The position numbers were made by a program, and so were the translations under genes. A DNA stretch of 63,956 nucleotides, the filler included, from Sphacelaria rigidula (taxonomy: Eukaryota), in assembly GCA_964200075.2 (NCBI GenBank). It is 3 parts of 3 records of this genome, joined end to end, with 100 filler letters (N's around TTAATTAATTAA, not from the genome) between each part and the next. Parts side by side here need not be neighbours in the genome. Positions count along the whole stretch, not along the records: positions 43,181 to 63,956 come from CAXNAA020000493.1; 2 more parts are not named here. The stretch is one strand, 5' to 3'. Positions 60,136 through 63,956 of the stretch are shown in pieces; positions within the stretch are counted from its first letter, which is position 1; each line of letters opens with the position of its first letter. The notes beneath the pieces were generated by a model, which was not told the origin of the DNA, ran no database searches, and saw only the letters and a program-made list of their open reading frames with translations.

Positions 60136-62542
60136 GGTTGCGTTCACGACCGTTCAAAGGTGATTTGACCTTTCAGGGCGTGACAGATCATCAAACAGAT
60201 TAAAACCGTATATATTATTGCTTGAGCATTTATGCGACCACGGCTGAATCCCTGGTGGATCAGTTAAAATGCGACATCAATCAAATCCATTAGTTAACTG
60301 AGCGCCCTTGCAAATTCCGACAGCCCCGCCAAAAAATAGCAGCATAATCATACGTTTGCCCGTGTTTGCAATTCCCGTGTAGGGCGACTGCACCTCCTCG
60401 CCGCCGCCGGTTGTTACTAGCGCTGTTTTTCTCTGTCTTCCTTCATAGATTGTACATCTCCCGTGCACCATGTGCGCCAATTCTATATAGCGCGACTGCG
60501 CCTTCTTTTGAACGTTTCCTTGTACATATATTTTCCTGTGCCAACAACGTTTTCGCAAAATTAAGAGTAGAGCGCTGATTGAGAATGGCTTTGATTATTC
60601 GCTTTTACTTGGCCATTTTCTCACTTGATGTGTGCTTCTCTTTGCCTCCATCACTGGCGTGTACTTACAGCTACACGCCGATATCCTACTCAGGGATATC
60701 AAGGTTCTTAATGGCAAGCTACTACAGAAATCATATTGGGCCCTGTGGGGGGACATTTCGGAACTGGAACGATTCATTCACCAATTGACCGCTCCTCAAT
60801 CTCAATTGCATCCTCTATTCTCAATCTCACGAAAACATTGTTTGCCGTGTATGAGTTCTTTTTCCGGAGATCGCGACCGGTTCGGTCAAGTCGAAGATAA
60901 AAAGTATTGTACACTACGTACAAGATGTTTGTGGGATTGGAACAAATATGCGTCTCCGTTCGATATTTACCGCTCACACGCGGCCATTCGGCTACCTTGT
61001 GGAGGATCTTCCAAACGTCATCCTCGGCTCCGTCCGATTTAAAATCCTCGCTAGAGGATCCTGATTATTCGCAATCCTCCAGAGGGTTTTCGAGTCTGGG
61101 GCGTCGAAGATCTGTGTCAATATTTAAATCCCCTAAACTTTTGAAGGCACAAGTGCTATGAAAATCTGCAAAACTTTGCTACCTCTGCTGTTGTTCGAAA
61201 TAGATCCTGATCCCAGATTTGAAATCGGGCAAACATGATTTTTATTTCGAACAGCAGAGGCTGTACAAATCCCATATACACTCGCAATTGGAACTTGTAC
61301 ACCAAAAGCCGTCCGAGATAAATCCCCATTTTGCCCGCCGATACCTGAAATTGGGTAAAAAAGGAACTTATTTTTGCGAGGAGCTTTTGCCGTTCAAGTT
61401 CCACCTACTGCATCGTCTCAGTGAATGAGATTCGAGAGGCAGCAGAAAGCGTTGAAAAGTCATCCTCTTGCCCGCCATTCCATATATCAATTGGGCAAAG
61501 AGGTCGAAGTCTTCAACAGCCTCGGCTGCATTCAAATCCCATATACTGATTGCGAATGTATGTCCACACAGCCATGCTATGTAGCTTTAGCTTGTGGTTA
61601 TTATGTGAGCCCCGTATGAACCTTACATACGAATACATACAGGGTCTAAAACCCTCGTCGTCCCGAGTATAACATATCAAAACCAAAGCATTTTTTCGAC
61701 TGAATACGCGAAACACTTTGATCACGGTTGATTCTACACTGCGTACTTCGATGACGATATGACGACCACAACAATGAGCATGGTTTGGTGCTGTACTGAA
61801 CCGTACAATGCCGAGAAAGACAGCACCATATCGTGTTTATATACGTGCGGTGCAAGATACTGCACTTAGCGCGGCATATGCCCGACGTATGACTCAAGTA
61901 TACAAAGCGGATGCCTGTAACTTTGGGTACATGGGGGTGTTTTATACCGTCAGCTACAGTAGACATCACGACGCCCGTTCTTGAGCATGCGCACAACTAC
62001 AGTAAGCAGGACTTTGAAGGGAAGCAGGCAAAGTACAGCACCGACAGCGCAGAACTACATATATTTTTTCTGCTTACAGTGCGACGTGAAAAGGACTTGA
62101 ACAGTGTTCGCAGCTTTGTCTGCCTGCAGTGTCCGTGGGTGTGTATGCAACAGGCCACCGGTTATTGCCCGCACTCTACCCCACGTGGTTCCGGCGCCGC
62201 GCGATTCCGCGACCATGGGAGAAGATGCTCAAGTTTCAACTCCCACCAACAATACATCATACCCAACTACGGCAGTGTGTATCTATATCCCTGTGCCCAA
62301 CTCGTGCTCTTTGCTGCAGGGTTGTGGTGGTGGCTGCAGGAATAAGTGTTGTGGGATTTACGTGCGGTTCAATCTGTGAAGGGCGAGTGATACGTATATA
62401 TCTGGCGTGAGGGTTCATACCATAAAATTGCTGGGGTCCCAAAGGTACCCTGGAAGCAGTTACGTTACTTGTTTGGTATAAAAAATGAAACCTGTTTAAA
62501 AGTGCGTTTCTGGCCCCTCTCCGTCATTTTCCCCCCGAAAAG

Positions 62543-62848
62543 AGGGCTAGGCGGATGTTGACACGTTGAAATGACTTGCTCTACTAGCTGAAGCCATTCC
62601 AGAGCACCTTTGCGTTTTCCGTAGGGCACGGTTTCGTTTCTGGCCAACTTGCATTTTCACTAACGGTCAATCGACGAAACAAATATCAGTTTTCCCCCTG
62701 GTTTTTTATAACTTGACCGTTTGTTATCGGAAATGCAAGTTTGGCCAAAAACGAAACTGTGACCTACGGGAAACGCAAAGGTGCGATGGTGGAACGGTCT
62801 CAGCGAGTAGAGCATGTCATTTCAAGGTGTCAACATCCGCCTCGCCCT
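62543..62848. repeat. Long imperfect inverted repeat (~125-bp arms, ~40-bp spacer) in a DNA-transposon remnant
   Basis: AGGCGGATGTTGACAC.TTGAAATGAC.TGCTCTACT.GCTGA...GCACCTTTGCGTTT.CCGTAGG pairs with 62713-62848. Confidence 0.8.
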
Positions 62849-63119
62849 AATCTCTGGGGTAAAACGACGTAGATGGGCCAAAAATGCTCTCTCTAGCATT
62901 TTTCATTTTCTGATACCTAGCCTCAGGACACAAGCGCACAAGTGTAAATACACTCGCTGGAGGATACTGCACGGCTATGTCCTGCGGAGTCGCAAAAAAT
63001 GCCTTACAGGCCATAGTCGGTCCCTCCTCTAGAGGAGCGATGCCCATATTTCTCTCTGTCCACATTTCCCTCTAGGGGATATTCACGGAAACCATGTGCT
63101 CAAGAGCACCATATTTTTG

Positions 63120-63260
63120 GTACTCTGGAGGGATCCAGAACTCAAAGTCACTGGAGCATCATATGCCCTCCAGAGAACTCGTTTCATGATCGGAACTGAG
63201 TATGACATACCCTCCAGAGTGTATTGTTATCCTCTGGAGGGTCACTTTTCCCTGGAGAGG
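63120..63260. repeat. Cluster of CTCTGGAGGG / CCCTCCAGAG motifs in both orientations
   Basis: Four near-exact copies, resembling transposon subterminal repeats. Confidence 0.5.
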
Positions 63261-63695
63261 ATGAAAATCGCGATAGAGGATTTTAAGGGGGTAGCCGAAT
63301 GGCCGCGTGTGCTGCTGCAAAAGTAGCAAATCAAGAGAGTTTTCACGTTCTGTTTTTATTATTTGTTTCCAACAGTAACGGTGAAAGAACCAACTGCGCA
63401 ACGACCGTTTAGTACCCCCGATCTACTGTCTCAGATACCAACTTTTACTGTCGAACGTGCGGGGAACGTAGAATGTGAGGCACCTCTTCTATTGCATTAC
63501 TATTCTATCGGCTGCACAGCTGCGGTACATTCTCGCGGACGAATCTCTCTGATTGTCGACGCTTGTCGCGAGGTTTTGCGGGAAAGGGAGCGTCGAGAAC
63601 TTCGATATGCAAACACCAGTATACTGCGGACTCGTACTACAAACATTTTTGCGGGAGATCATATAGTATGAGTATATATCAAGTTAAAGTACGAC

Positions 63696-63716
63696 AATCA
63701 ATCAATCAATCAATCA
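63696..63716. repeat. (ATCA)n microsatellite
   Basis: Seen directly. Confidence 0.75.
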
Positions 63717-63956
63717 ACCATGACGATATAGTCCACAGATATATGGCATTTTTTGGCGTACAGACTACACTTTCGCAAAACAAACGTGAAATTCAAATAT
63801 TAATGAGTCGTCACCGTTGACGTGTCTAGCAGGCATAGAACCTCTTTTTAAAAAAATATCATGTTTTGCGGGCAACAGATCACATATATAACAGTGTTTT
63901 CGTGATATCGAGAGTAGATGATACGATTGAGAGTGAAAAGCGGTCAATCAGTGAAT

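Noticed and set aside
1-63956. CRISPR arrays, rRNA or intact tRNA genes
   Set aside because: No regularly spaced repeat-spacer array and no convincing rRNA or complete cloverleaf was seen.

Overview
Repeat-rich eukaryotic DNA, very likely from a stramenopile alga and probably a brown alga. The basis is a bipartite plastid-targeting leader with an ASAFAP-type motif and GT-AG introns several kb long. The window is three contigs joined by artificial 100-nt N44-TTAATTAATTAA-N44 spacers (21496-21595 and 43081-43180). Contig 1 (1-21495) is nested retroelements: a Copia gag fragment, the 3' half of one Gypsy element (integrase tail, long spacer, PPT, 3' LTR), and a full-length decayed 12.6-kb Gypsy element (7944-20578, minus strand, paired LTRs, CCGG target duplication). 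Both Gypsy integrases end in a chromodomain-like module followed by a further conserved Trp/Tyr-rich domain. Contig 2 (21596-43080) holds host genes that I rebuilt from splice sites: a low-complexity AT-hook exon, a multi-exon PX-domain gene (minus), and, divergent from it, the first two exons of a plastid-targeted class II DAHP synthase (plus). Contig 3 holds a full-length decayed APE+RT LINE (47756-52711, 11-bp TSD) carrying a MITE with telomere-like repeats and a 227-bp tandem duplication, plus many DNA-transposon remnants. The most notable signals are the two-domain integrase tail, a hammerhead-ribozyme-like motif at about 39.8 kb, a structured LINE 5' leader, a ~100-bp piggyBac-like MITE family and the telomere-repeat MITE. 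All calls were made by eye; no database searches were run.
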